This document shows, one piece after another, positions 18,102 to 28,236 of a DNA stretch of 63,641 nt. How positions within the stretch are numbered: the first letter of the stretch is position 1; every line of letters begins with the position of its first letter. The notes under the pieces were generated by a model that was not told where the DNA came from, made no database searches, and was given only the letters and a program-made list of their open reading frames with translations. The stretch is taken from positions 1-63,641 of IMG/VR virus record IMGVR_UViG_3300015203_000009; one strand, written 5' to 3'. Origin of the DNA: a virus. Lineage: Duplodnaviria > Caudoviricetes. The position numbers and the translations under genes are program-made.

Positions 18102-18827
18102 ATGAACTCCGTCATCATCGAAAAACTAAAGAAAATTCTCGCGCGCTCCACTGAGGGCAGCGGTGCGTCCGAAGCCGAAATGCAAACTGCCATGGCGATG
18201 GCCCAAAAGCTCGCCGTCGAGAACAACATCGACCTAGCCTCCATTTCTTCCACGGCCCAAGATGGCAACGAAATTGAAGTGGAACGTGTCGAACTGAGCA
18301 GCAATCGAAGCGACCGTCAGCGTCCCCATCACGACTCCATCCACACCGTGCTCCAAAATTGCTTCGACGTCCGAGTAATTTATTTTGGAATGCATACCTC
18401 ACGTTTTGTCTTGGTGGGAGAAAAAACCGACGTGGCGCTCGCTACTTTCTGTTTTCACTGGCTCGACAAGGCCTATCTCAACCTGTTTCGAAAATGGGAT
18501 GAAGCCAATCCTCGCGGGTCTTACGATTCAGATGCTGTTCGTCGGCGCAGCTACTACCAAGGGCTCGGCTGGGGCATCATTTCCAATAACAAAAGGGCCA
18601 AGGAAGAGGCCGTAAAAACTGCCACGGTTTCTGGCGAAGCAAGCGTATCTGCCGATTCCTATGCCTTGGTGCTGGTGAACAAGAAAGAAGCCGTAGAGGC
18701 CAAGGTAGAGGAAGAATTTCCAGACTTGCGTAAAACGAAACCTCGCGACCTTGAGATTGACTACACCGCGCGTTCAGCCGGCCATGAACGAGGACAGAAA
18801 ATCAAGTTGTCGGCTCAACTGGCCTAG
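18102..18827 (+). CDS. DUF2786-domain protein
   Basis: IIEKLKKILA......E.E...AM.MAQKL. Confidence 0.8.
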   Translation: MNSVIIEKLKKILARSTEGSGASEAEMQTAMAMAQKLAVENNIDLASISSTAQDGNEIEVERVELSSNRSDRQRPHHDSIHTVLQNCFDVRVIYFGMHTSRFVLVGEKTDVALATFCFHWLDKAYLNLFRKWDEANPRGSYDSDAVRRRSYYQGLGWGIISNNKRAKEEAVKTATVSGEASVSADSYALVLVNKKEAVEAKVEEEFPDLRKTKPRDLEIDYTARSAGHERGQKIKLSAQLA

Positions 18828-19351
18828 ACAGCCCGACGAGCTAGTTGCTCGTTCACCGGGTTTGGCTGGTTGATCTTTGGCTGCATCTGCTTTGCGTTCA
18901 GCAAGCTCGCGCTCTGGGCCTTCTTGTTCACGGGCACGTGCGCGCTCGCCAGAGCGCCGACAGGCACGGGCGGGGCTTGGGGCGTAACAGGCACATTATT
19001 GCCTGTTGAAGGGGCTAGGGCTTGCGAAGGTGCAGCATTCTGCGCATTATCCGGGGGAGCTTCAGACGCCGTGCGCGGGTCGGGGGCCCCCACGAGGGGA
19101 GCGATTTGAAACAAATCGTTCTTCGCTTTTGCTTCATCGAGCTTTTTGACGTCCGTCAGCTTCTGATTGTAAATGACAGAGAGACCGTCCGACGGGAATT
19201 CGTGGTAGGCGAGATTGAATTTGTCGAGGTTGTGGAAATTGGTGACGACAAACTCGGCCTGCGGGGTAGTTTCGTGATTCTGGATGGGTGGCAGGGACAC
19301 GGCCGGCATCTTGCCGGAGGAAACATCGTCAAGGGGGTTGGGAATCGTCAT
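18824..19351 (-). CDS. Hypothetical late protein
   Basis: Last gene of the - strand block; class B motif at 19359-19369. Confidence 0.7.
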   Translation of the reverse strand: MTIPNPLDDVSSGKMPAVSLPPIQNHETTPQAEFVVTNFHNLDKFNLAYHEFPSDGLSVIYNQKLTDVKKLDEAKAKNDLFQIAPLVGAPDPRTASEAPPDNAQNAAPSQALAPSTGNNVPVTPQAPPVPVGALASAHVPVNKKAQSASLLNAKQMQPKINQPNPVNEQLARRAV

Positions 19352-19363
19352 CTGTATAAAGTA

Positions 19364-22300
19364 TCAGTCGCGGGACAAGGCCCCGCGCCCTTTCACTTTG
19401 GCCCGGGCGAGCGGAGCTTCCGGCGGCAGGCCTTCAGCCTCACGTAGGAACGCATGCGGAATGGCAATGTTCTTTTGGTCGGCAAACTTGCGTTCCTTCA
19501 GTGGCACGTAGCCGGGCTCGCCCTTGGCTGGAATAGCTCCGCTGGCGTCACGCAGGTGCTTGCCGTAGTTCACCCAGCTGTTCTGGGCGAGTGTCTCGGC
19601 CGCGAGCGCGGGCTTGGCCTCGTCAGAGAACATCTTGGCGTGCGTCAGGTAGGCGTTGAGCTCGCCGCGCGGGCCGAATTCCCAGCCTTCTGCCGTGTGC
19701 CCAAAGAAATCGTGCACGGCCCGGAACACATCGTTCACCAACAGCTCGTGGCCGTTCACCTTCACGCCGGATTTTTCCAGCAGCGCGTTGTCGGGCGCTT
19801 TCGCTTCGCCAAATCCGTTGTCCGTCTTAAAGAACCAAAGGTGCTTGTTGTCGCGCACGTCCTGCATCATCGCGGCCGAATTCGCGTAGGGTTCTCCCTT
19901 GCCGTCCCAAGGCTGTATCTTTATTCCGGCCTTCTCCATCTCCGCGTATTGCGCCATTGTTTCCTTGGCGAGCGCGTCGTAGGCCCGCTTCACATCCGGG
20001 GCCTGCGGGTCGTGTTTGGCCTCGTCGTAAAAATCGGCTATCTTCTTTGCGAGCTCGACGTTGACGGGGGCATTTTCCGTGTGTTGAGCAGCGGTGATGC
20101 CGTGCGCGTCCATATACTCACGTGCCAAAGCACGTGTCTCATCATTTCCATCGCGTTGACCATTCGGCATAAAGTTTACGCTAGGCTGTACGGTAGAAGA
20201 GTCAACAGGTTTTACGGGCTCGAACAGCTCCACTTGGCTGTAGGCGTTCTTGCCCCGGCCGGCGGTGCGGCGAATCCCGGCGTAGCCGGCGTTCTGCAGC
20301 ATGTCGTCGGCCTTCCACCGATTGATTTTCGAGCCGTAGTTGAGCGGGTCGCTGTCGCCGTCGTAAATTCTATTCCCGGAGACGGTGGCGTTATATTTGC
20401 TACCCCGGCCGAGGACAATATCATGCCTGTTCTCTTTGTTGGCCTCGTACCAATAGCTGCGGGGAGCGCCCGCGAGCTCGGAACGCGGCGTGACGCCGGA
20501 GCGGCCGAATTTCGAGCCGTTAATTTCGCTCAACCCCGGGTCGCCGTAATGGACGAGCTTCAATTCCTTCTCGGGAACGGAATGCTCAAGCTTCGGCCCC
20601 TTCAACTGCGGCATGAAGCCGGCTTTTTGAAAAGCGACGTCGCCAGCCTTGAAATTCAAATCCTTCCTCTCCTTCAGGTCCACGATACGGTTGGTTTTTA
20701 AGACCTCCACTGCTGCGTTCAAAATCTTCGGGTCGAAGCCGTGCTCGTTCCTCAGCGCGGCGCGCGTCGGGTTGGTGTCAGTCACCAAGCTGCCTGACGC
20801 TCCCTTCACGCGTGGGGCCTCGATGCCGTTCTCGCGGGCGAAGCGTGCGGCATATTCCTGCCCGGGCGTCATCTTGCCCGGCTGCTCCATGCCCATGAGC
20901 ATATTCAACACCTGCGCCTTGTCCGGTGGCAGCGGCTTTGGCGTGTAGCTTTCGTCTTTCGGTGTCACTGTCCCTTCGCGCGTGTTGCTCGGACGCACGA
21001 GGTCTTGGCCGGAGCCGGCATACCCATGGCTCTGGTTCTCCAGATACGTCTGGAAATCACGCGTGAGGTCGGGCGAGGCCAGATATTGCGAGAGGTCGCC
21101 ATTCTTGTTTGCATCCGGATTGAGATGAAGCCAGCCCTGCAGCAAATCCACATTTGAAATCACTTTATCCAAAGACATGGCTTTTATCAGGCTTTTATCC
21201 GGATGCGCATATCCATAGGGCACTGTTATCTTTTGATATTTCGCGCGCAGCGGATTGGGCAGGCCGGCGTCCTTCGATGCTTTCTCCAAGCGGTCGGCGG
21301 CGATGCGCTGGGCCTCGCGCGTTTTCTGGTCGGGGCCTTCCACGTCGCTCTTGGCGGAGTGGTAGACAATCTCAACGGGAGCAATTCCACTCCGCTGTCC
21401 GGAAAAAGCCTTGTCGAGATGCTCAAGTGTTTTCGCGATGCGTTCCTGTGTGGCCTCGCCGAAGGCATTCTGCGCGGACGGCTGCACGCGCACGTTTGGA
21501 ACGCCTTCCGGCCGGACAACATTCTCCGTCTGTCGCGCAGCGACTATTGCTTCGGCCGTGCCGGCCGGAGCTACATGCGCGCCGAACGGTGTCGTGTCGG
21601 TGACGGGGTGGGTGGGACCAATGGAAGGCTCTGCGGGCTTCGCTTCGGCGGCCGGCTTGGGCGTTTTGCCGAGCGTGGCCTGCTCCTTTGAAATTGGCGG
21701 CTTCCCGGAGGGCGTATCAAACACCTGCTTCAGCTTGGGTAGGTCGAGGGCGTGCGCCTGCAGGACGTTCTCGATAATGCCGCCGATTTTGGCGGAAGGC
21801 GAGATACCCAGACCAGTGCGGGGTGTCGACTCGCCAGAGAAATCAACCAACTCGGGCGTCTTAGCTCCGATTTTTTCAAGCCCGCGCGCCACCATGCCGT
21901 AGATGGAGCGCGACAGGTCTTTCGTCTTCATGTCGGGCGAAGAAAAACGCTCAATCGGAATCGAATTCAAGACGGCGGACGCGTGATCGGCGAAAATTTC
22001 GCTTAGAAGCTGCTGCGGCGAAAGCACAATTTTGGTGGAGGTGTTGTCCTGATTGGCCAAGTATTCGTAGCGCGTCTTGTACGCATCCATCTGCTCCGGG
22101 CCGTACGTCTTGGCAATCTCAGCGTAGACGTGGCTGATTTCCTCTGGCGACAAAAGATTTTCAAGCAGGTGTCCGCTCTCGTGACCGACAGACAGGCCCG
22201 GGGCCGCCCCCGCGACACGTGATAGCGCAATGTTGCGGACAACGCCGTCCTCACCCGGGACGCGGACAGCCAAACCCTGCTGACTCTTCGCCTGCAGCGC

Positions 22301-24013
22301 TGTCGTCGCGTCGAGGTGGCCGGCGGCGACGAAGTTGTCGATGGCGGCGTTGTAGTCGGACGGGTAGAGCGTATAAATTTCGCCGCGATTCTTGCCGAAG
22401 TAGTCACGGATGAGTTGGACGTAATTGTTAGCAGAATTGCCGAGCGAATCCGCGACCTTCCGGTGCGCCGCGTCCAAGGCATCGTCAAAGCCGTACGGCT
22501 TCACATTCAGGCGACTATCTGGCATCGTCGGGCGCTCGGCCCACAAGTTGCGCGCGACATCGAGCCCATTGACCAGCGCGCCGACGGGTTTCATCGCACC
22601 GTGCATGAGGACACCCGCCGTCAGCATGTCCTTAAACCCATCCTCATCTCCCGCACCCAATGCAAAGGGCAGATTCATCACCTGTCCTGCCACGACGCTC
22701 GCCGTCTCGTCGCCCAATGTCTTGGCGACAGACATTCCAAACCTGCCCATCGGACCCGGGAGCACCTTGCCCGCGAGCATGTCGGCCACATTCGAAAGCT
22801 TCGTGGACATACCCTCCCCGAGCTTTCCTGCCATGCTGAGCCTTGTGTTTGCTCCCACCAAGGCAGCCAAGCCGCTCTGAACGGCGTCTCCCCCGAGTGC
22901 CCCCGTGACGGTGGCCGCCGCGAGGGCCTTCAGCATTGGGTTGGTGTCGACGAGCTCGCCCGCCTTGGCCACCGACTTCGCCGCCACCGCGACCGGACGG
23001 GACAGAATTTTTCCGGCTTCCCCGAGCGCGTGCTCCCCCAAGGAAACGGGGGCGTCCGCGAGCGTGCGTGCGGCCAAGCCTTCCGTGGCCCGGGCGGCAT
23101 TGAAGGAAGCCCCCGCCGGGATGTACATTGTCGGGTCGAGCAGTGGAGATTTGGCCACCGTCGCCATCGTCGCGGGGTCGGGCGCGGGCAGGTTTTTGCC
23201 GAGCGCGCCGGCTCCCTGTTCCACGCCCTGTATCGCGTCTGCAACGGCGACATCGTGGTTGAATTGCGTGTTGAGCGTCGCATCCATCGACGCGTCAGGA
23301 ACAATGTTTTCCGTGCCAACATTTGGCTCTCCGCTTCCGCGCTGGGCGAAAATTTTGTTACTGATGCGGTTGGTGAAGGTGCGAATCAGGTCTAAAGCTT
23401 GTAAGCTTTTGGCGTGCGCCGTCGACACCACCGTATTCACACTCTGCAGGGATTGGTCCTGCGTGATGGCGGGCAGGAGGAAGGGCGTGCCGCCGGGCTG
23501 CAGGGCGCGCTCCTCGGGCGTCTTCATGCGCGCGGCCATGACATCGAGGCCCACAGTTTTTGCGGCCTCGTTCAGGGCGGAAAATGTGCCCTCGGCTATG
23601 TCCACACCCATCCCATACTGGCTCTTCAAAAAGCCGACGCCCGGGATGGCGCTGGCATCGGCGGGCGCGGCCTGCGGACTCGTGTTGGTGTCGCGCAGAT
23701 TGAGCGTGTAGCCCTGCTTCCGGTAGGCGACCTGATACTTGTCCGGGGTGGCCCCTTGGTCGCGCGCGACGCGGTATTCCTCAACAATTTTCTTGCGGGG
23801 AATGCTGCCGAGGTATTGGTCTTCTGTCTGGAGGGCCGAAGCGGGAATGCTGTCGGCGGGAATAGCTCCGGCGGGCGGGCCGTCGGCCTGCGTCAGCTTG
23901 GATGGGTCGAGTTGGTCGGCGGGGATGGCCCCGGCGGGCGGGCGGCTTTCTGTATCCGCCTGAAGCTTGCTAAGATCGAGCTCGGAAAACGGAATTGCGC
24001 CCTCTGGAATCAT
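19364..24013 (-). CDS. Large internal virion/ejection protein, polyvalent-like
   Basis: 1549 aa; HESGH...EIFAD zincin-like motif; ART-like segment; NDVFRAVHDFFGH domain; class B motif at 24021-24031. Confidence 0.7.
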   Translation of the reverse strand: MIPEGAIPFSELDLSKLQADTESRPPAGAIPADQLDPSKLTQADGPPAGAIPADSIPASALQTEDQYLGSIPRKKIVEEYRVARDQGATPDKYQVAYRKQGYTLNLRDTNTSPQAAPADASAIPGVGFLKSQYGMGVDIAEGTFSALNEAAKTVGLDVMAARMKTPEERALQPGGTPFLLPAITQDQSLQSVNTVVSTAHAKSLQALDLIRTFTNRISNKIFAQRGSGEPNVGTENIVPDASMDATLNTQFNHDVAVADAIQGVEQGAGALGKNLPAPDPATMATVAKSPLLDPTMYIPAGASFNAARATEGLAARTLADAPVSLGEHALGEAGKILSRPVAVAAKSVAKAGELVDTNPMLKALAAATVTGALGGDAVQSGLAALVGANTRLSMAGKLGEGMSTKLSNVADMLAGKVLPGPMGRFGMSVAKTLGDETASVVAGQVMNLPFALGAGDEDGFKDMLTAGVLMHGAMKPVGALVNGLDVARNLWAERPTMPDSRLNVKPYGFDDALDAAHRKVADSLGNSANNYVQLIRDYFGKNRGEIYTLYPSDYNAAIDNFVAAGHLDATTALQAKSQQGLAVRVPGEDGVVRNIALSRVAGAAPGLSVGHESGHLLENLLSPEEISHVYAEIAKTYGPEQMDAYKTRYEYLANQDNTSTKIVLSPQQLLSEIFADHASAVLNSIPIERFSSPDMKTKDLSRSIYGMVARGLEKIGAKTPELVDFSGESTPRTGLGISPSAKIGGIIENVLQAHALDLPKLKQVFDTPSGKPPISKEQATLGKTPKPAAEAKPAEPSIGPTHPVTDTTPFGAHVAPAGTAEAIVAARQTENVVRPEGVPNVRVQPSAQNAFGEATQERIAKTLEHLDKAFSGQRSGIAPVEIVYHSAKSDVEGPDQKTREAQRIAADRLEKASKDAGLPNPLRAKYQKITVPYGYAHPDKSLIKAMSLDKVISNVDLLQGWLHLNPDANKNGDLSQYLASPDLTRDFQTYLENQSHGYAGSGQDLVRPSNTREGTVTPKDESYTPKPLPPDKAQVLNMLMGMEQPGKMTPGQEYAARFARENGIEAPRVKGASGSLVTDTNPTRAALRNEHGFDPKILNAAVEVLKTNRIVDLKERKDLNFKAGDVAFQKAGFMPQLKGPKLEHSVPEKELKLVHYGDPGLSEINGSKFGRSGVTPRSELAGAPRSYWYEANKENRHDIVLGRGSKYNATVSGNRIYDGDSDPLNYGSKINRWKADDMLQNAGYAGIRRTAGRGKNAYSQVELFEPVKPVDSSTVQPSVNFMPNGQRDGNDETRALAREYMDAHGITAAQHTENAPVNVELAKKIADFYDEAKHDPQAPDVKRAYDALAKETMAQYAEMEKAGIKIQPWDGKGEPYANSAAMMQDVRDNKHLWFFKTDNGFGEAKAPDNALLEKSGVKVNGHELLVNDVFRAVHDFFGHTAEGWEFGPRGELNAYLTHAKMFSDEAKPALAAETLAQNSWVNYGKHLRDASGAIPAKGEPGYVPLKERKFADQKNIAIPHAFLREAEGLPPEAPLARAKVKGRGALSRD

Positions 24014-24055
24014 CAGAAGAAAGTATCAGACGTCGGGGGAGTCCCCGTCGGCCGG

Positions 24056-25726
24056 CTATTTATCGAACACCCAATACTTCACGTTGCCGTGGTATTCGAA
24101 ATGCCCCGGGGCTCCGTTATATCGAAGTGGACCGGCGGCCGGAGCGGGGGAAGTATTGGTGGGGGCTTTGGAGAAAGGGTTCGCTGCACTCAGCCCCTTG
24201 GCAGCATTGGTGTGCTCTTCCACGAGCGCGCCCGGCGTCATGGGCTTGAAAGCGGAGCCGTTTTCCAGTGTCTGAAAAGCTTCCGGCGGATAGCCTCGTT
24301 TCTCAAGATCGTATTGGGCGGACAAGAGCGGGTCGAGCGCGCTGACGGTGGAAAGAATGGTGGCGTTAGTGTCCTTTGGAGAAGCTACGAGGGAATTCTT
24401 CAGCTTCCGTCCCACGTCCGTGTTATTCAGCACGGTTTGGTAGCGGTTGTCGAGGTAGTCGATGACGGTAGCGCGCGTAGCGACGGCGGGGGGCGTGTTC
24501 GAAGCCGCATAATTCGTCAGCGTCTTCATCAGGTAGCCCTTCGACGGGTCGGTGTTCCGCATCTGTTCCACCGTCTTCGCAAAAGCGGAGGGGTCGCCCA
24601 TTGTCTGCAGCAGCTGCGGCAATTGGTTTTTGGAGAAGTCCTGCGTCAGCTTGATTTCGGCCGCCTTGTCGTAGTGGTCGTTGAAACCCGGAAGATGCCC
24701 GTATGTCGTCTTCGGCTGCAGGTTTTTGATGGTGTCGATGTAGGCCTGCACGGCCTGCACGTCGTAGAAACCATCAGCCAAAAGGAATTTATTCTGTATC
24801 TCCTGCGGGACGACGTATTGCTTCAGCAGCTCGCGCGCGGACGTCTGCATGGCCTGCGAGCGCGCAAGGTCGTTCGGAATTTCCATCCGGGCAATGATAG
24901 AGTCGAGCACGGGATTGCCGCTGCTGCCGCGAACGGGCAAACCCGTGATTGCGGTGTGCTTGATAGCCTCGATACTGCCCGGAGTCGCAGCAGCACTCGC
25001 CACCACCTCCGGGGCTGTCGCGGCCGTCGCAGCAACAGGAACAGCGACGACGGGAGCGGGGGGAAGCTTGGAGAGAGGCTGGTTGAGGTCGTCAAACACC
25101 GTCGGAGCCGGAGTGCCGGTGGGCGCGACGGCGGCCGAAGCGGTAGGAGCCAGTAGGGGCTGCGGAAATGAAACGGGGTAGTTGATAGCCCCGAGAGCTT
25201 CGCCGCGCGCCTTCGCGTTAGCCTGCATCTCAATGATCTGGGCCGGCGTCATGCTGGCTGTCGCGCGTTGGGCGGCGAGGGCTTGGGAAGCGGCCGTATC
25301 AGCTGTAATATTGGCCGTGGCCGCATTCGTTGCACCCACCTTGGCATTGGCCAGCTCGGTGTTGCCGAGGGTGGCACCGATGCCCGCACGCGAGGCTGCT
25401 TGGTCCTGCTGCTCCTTGGCTGTGGCGGCTTGAACAGCAAGAGCCGTATCAATGTTTTGCTTGATGAGCGGCAAATTCTCCTGCGCGTGCGTGATGAGCG
25501 CGAGGTCGAGGTCGTTCTGGGCCTTGGCGGCCTTGATTTTCACGCTCTCAAGCTCGCGGTTGGCCTGCTTGTTCTGCAGGTCCGCCAACTGCTGTTGGTA
25601 GGCGAGGCCGGCGTTGGCCGCCGCAAGATTGCGCTCAGGCTGGGCCGCCCACGCGGCCGGATTGCCGATGTCGGGAGCCGTCGGAACGACGGAAATTTGC
25701 GAGCCGGGGGTGAGGATGCCGGGCAT
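24056..25726 (-). CDS. Internal virion/ejection protein
   Basis: Ala/Gln-rich helical protein in the podovirus core-gene position. Confidence 0.6.
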   Translation of the reverse strand: MPGILTPGSQISVVPTAPDIGNPAAWAAQPERNLAAANAGLAYQQQLADLQNKQANRELESVKIKAAKAQNDLDLALITHAQENLPLIKQNIDTALAVQAATAKEQQDQAASRAGIGATLGNTELANAKVGATNAATANITADTAASQALAAQRATASMTPAQIIEMQANAKARGEALGAINYPVSFPQPLLAPTASAAVAPTGTPAPTVFDDLNQPLSKLPPAPVVAVPVAATAATAPEVVASAAATPGSIEAIKHTAITGLPVRGSSGNPVLDSIIARMEIPNDLARSQAMQTSARELLKQYVVPQEIQNKFLLADGFYDVQAVQAYIDTIKNLQPKTTYGHLPGFNDHYDKAAEIKLTQDFSKNQLPQLLQTMGDPSAFAKTVEQMRNTDPSKGYLMKTLTNYAASNTPPAVATRATVIDYLDNRYQTVLNNTDVGRKLKNSLVASPKDTNATILSTVSALDPLLSAQYDLEKRGYPPEAFQTLENGSAFKPMTPGALVEEHTNAAKGLSAANPFSKAPTNTSPAPAAGPLRYNGAPGHFEYHGNVKYWVFDK

Positions 25727-26901
25727 TAGGCGAAGGCCAGCTGCTGGGCCGGCGAAAATTTCTCGTCAATCTTGGAGTCCATCCACGTGCGTATCCGTTC
25801 CTTGACTACGAGGCAATTGGAGATGCTCTGGGCGGCCTCCTCGCCATATTTCAGGTAGGCGGAGAGGAGCCATTTCGGGGCGTCCTCAAACATCCAGCTG
25901 CGGAACATGCGCCAGCGCAGATTGTGCGCCCCATACACCTCACGCGCCACCCAGCATCCGACAAACCAGCCGTTGACGAGGCTGGAGTTGGCCGCAGAGA
26001 CACTCGGGTCGCTGGCGGGAGCGCCGCCGGAGCCGGTGACAGTGCCGCCTCCTTTGAGAATGCCGGCGGCGCTTCCAGCGTAACTGCCGTAGGCTCCCGA
26101 CAAGCCACCAATGAGTTGGGAAATGGCCGCCGCGTTGGCGTTGTTTGAAGCAATCTGAATCTGCGCACGGTTGGCGATGTTCTGGTTCTGCTGGTTGTTG
26201 ACACCGACATCCAAATTCGCGACAGCACCCGGGTCGAGGCCGGCATTGGGGAGCGCGCGACTGTTCATCAGGTTTGCGATGGTTAAGGCCGCCCCTTGGT
26301 CTTGGGCGGCGGCCGTGCCGGCGAGCCCGAAACGCGAGGCAAAATCGGCCGACAGCGCGTTTCCACCCTGTAGGGCCGCCGCGTTGCGTTGATTGATGAG
26401 GTTGAGGGATGTCAAGCCAAGGTCGCGCGCCACCAGCCCGCGTCCCGCGCCACTGCCGGATATTCCAGCACTGCCACCAGCCTCTAAGGCCCCCTTTGTT
26501 ACAGCCGCCTGCGTCTCCGCGTCAAGCTTGCCGCCAAGACTCAACTGTTTCAAAATGTTCTCCGTCGAAGCCTTCAGAAGCGGGTTGGCATCGCCCAATT
26601 CGCCGAGCAGTTTGTTCCGAGCCTGCAATCCGGCCGTGTTGCCATTCAGAACATCCGTCAGGCTTTGATTCGATTGGAGACGAAGTGCTGCCGTGGTGGG
26701 GTCGTATTTGTTCTCCAGCGCAATCGCGTTCGCGTAATTGTCCTCCGCCTGCTTGCGCGCGTCGTCAATCACCTGCCCGACATTCAGCCGGTTTTTATTG
26801 ATGGCGTCATTGGCTTTGTTGGCCGCAATGCGGTTTTGGCTGGCTCCATAAGCAGAGACACCCGCACTCACTACCGTTCCAATTACAGCAATCCAAGCCA
26901 T
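25726..26901 (-). CDS. Ejection/pilot-like protein with CFI-box-CTERM-like C-terminal domain
   Basis: Gly/Ala-rich hydrophobic N-terminus; CWVAREVYG...W..FR.W......L...Y..YG. Confidence 0.6.
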   Translation of the reverse strand: MAWIAVIGTVVSAGVSAYGASQNRIAANKANDAINKNRLNVGQVIDDARKQAEDNYANAIALENKYDPTTAALRLQSNQSLTDVLNGNTAGLQARNKLLGELGDANPLLKASTENILKQLSLGGKLDAETQAAVTKGALEAGGSAGISGSGAGRGLVARDLGLTSLNLINQRNAAALQGGNALSADFASRFGLAGTAAAQDQGAALTIANLMNSRALPNAGLDPGAVANLDVGVNNQQNQNIANRAQIQIASNNANAAAISQLIGGLSGAYGSYAGSAAGILKGGGTVTGSGGAPASDPSVSAANSSLVNGWFVGCWVAREVYGAHNLRWRMFRSWMFEDAPKWLLSAYLKYGEEAAQSISNCLVVKERIRTWMDSKIDEKFSPAQQLAFA

Positions 26902-26902
26902 G

Positions 26903-27343
26903 TTATTCTTTTAGCAAAATCGCTTCGTGTTGCAACTCGTGTTCCTTGAAAGTATCGCTCTTTTCAATGAGCAGAGCTTCCAGTTCGTCGAGGTTGGTGG
27001 TGGCAGCGCAATGGATGTTCAACACGCGGCTGTCTTCCGGGAAAAAAGCCAGCTTCCTCACTCCGGCCTCACTCACGAAAATTTTTCCCGGCCCCGTCAT
27101 CTCCTCCACCTTTCCGTCCATCAAAATCCGCATGCGTCCCGAAAGAAGAATGTTATAGTGCCGCGTTTTATGCCGGTGCCCCAGCACAAAGCTACCCGCC
27201 GGAATGGCGCATTCCCTCATGTACACTTGGTCCACTTCCGCGAGATGGTGCGTAATGGGAACTACTATTCCGCACGGGGGGGCATCTAGCATGGCTTTCT
27301 CAATCTTTTCGATTGGGTCGATGACTGAAACAGTGTCTTCCAT
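26903..27343 (-). CDS. Cupin-fold protein
   Basis: YMRE..IPAG..V.G..HKT.H..ILLSG. Confidence 0.7.
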   Translation of the reverse strand: MEDTVSVIDPIEKIEKAMLDAPPCGIVVPITHHLAEVDQVYMRECAIPAGSFVLGHRHKTRHYNILLSGRMRILMDGKVEEMTGPGKIFVSEAGVRKLAFFPEDSRVLNIHCAATTNLDELEALLIEKSDTFKEHELQHEAILLKE

Positions 27344-28212
27344 TATTGGATGCGGTGAATGGAGAAACTGACGCCGCTCACCGTGACGTTGGCCGCATTC
27401 ACGCCGTCTGTCGCCGACATGTAAAGTTCAAGCTGGTCGCCCGCCGTGAGCTGCATGAGGCCGGAGAAATTGGGATACCAACGCGCGCCAGCGGGAGAGG
27501 GGACGGCCGTGCCGCCGGAAAGCCGCGTGGCCAAAACAGGATTGGCGTTGACGCTCGTCCCGAGGGCGAGCTCCATGTTGGTGGCATTGCCGCCGGCATT
27601 ATCCACCTGCACTCCTGCTGACACTTGGTATATGCCCGTTGTCGGGGCCACATAGCGCGAATTCGCCGCGTCGTACACCGCCTGCGGGTCGAACAGCTCG
27701 GAGGCCGCCAAAATTTTAATGAGCGTTCCCGAGATGGCCACCGTCTGTCCAACGCCCGTGGCGCGGGCAGGCGCGTAGGTGGTGGCGGCTACCGTCGTAA
27801 ACTGGGGGCCGTTTGCGCCCATCGTCATGTAGTCTCCGAGCGTCCCCGTCTTCATCGTGGGAACGCCGAGCTGATTCAAAGTGTAAACGCTTTTCGCGTT
27901 CACGAGGTCGGTGATGAAGGCTGAAAGAGGAACGCTGCCGGCAATCAAACCGGCGCCATTCACTGTCAGGTAGGTGTAGAGGCCTGTTCCGGTGTCGAAC
28001 ACACGCCACTCCTTGTCGCCCGTGCCACTGTTGTAGAGCAGCGGACCTTGATTCGACCCGGGGATGACAGCACCCGTGATGAAAGCACTCCACGGAATCG
28101 ACGGCGTGATGGTGATGCGGTCGACGATAGCTTGAGCTAGTGCCTGCGGCGTATCGTTAAAATTCACCGGCAGCGGGGCCAGCGTAAGTGTAAAGGCTAC
28201 TGAGGGCGGCAT
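27343..28212 (-). CDS. Tail protein with C1q-like C-terminal domain
   Basis: YD..NSRYVAPTTGIYQVSA.V...QLTAGDQLELY; class B motif at 28220-28230. Confidence 0.65.
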   Translation of the reverse strand: MPPSVAFTLTLAPLPVNFNDTPQALAQAIVDRITITPSIPWSAFITGAVIPGSNQGPLLYNSGTGDKEWRVFDTGTGLYTYLTVNGAGLIAGSVPLSAFITDLVNAKSVYTLNQLGVPTMKTGTLGDYMTMGANGPQFTTVAATTYAPARATGVGQTVAISGTLIKILAASELFDPQAVYDAANSRYVAPTTGIYQVSAGVQVDNAGGNATNMELALGTSVNANPVLATRLSGGTAVPSPAGARWYPNFSGLMQLTAGDQLELYMSATDGVNAANVTVSGVSFSIHRIQ

Positions 28213-28236
28213 CGTAAGAAAGTATCAGACGTTCGA

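Noticed and set aside
26950-26960. GAGCGATACTT as a class B motif
   Set aside because: Poor 5' match and 48 nt from the next start; possible but unsupported
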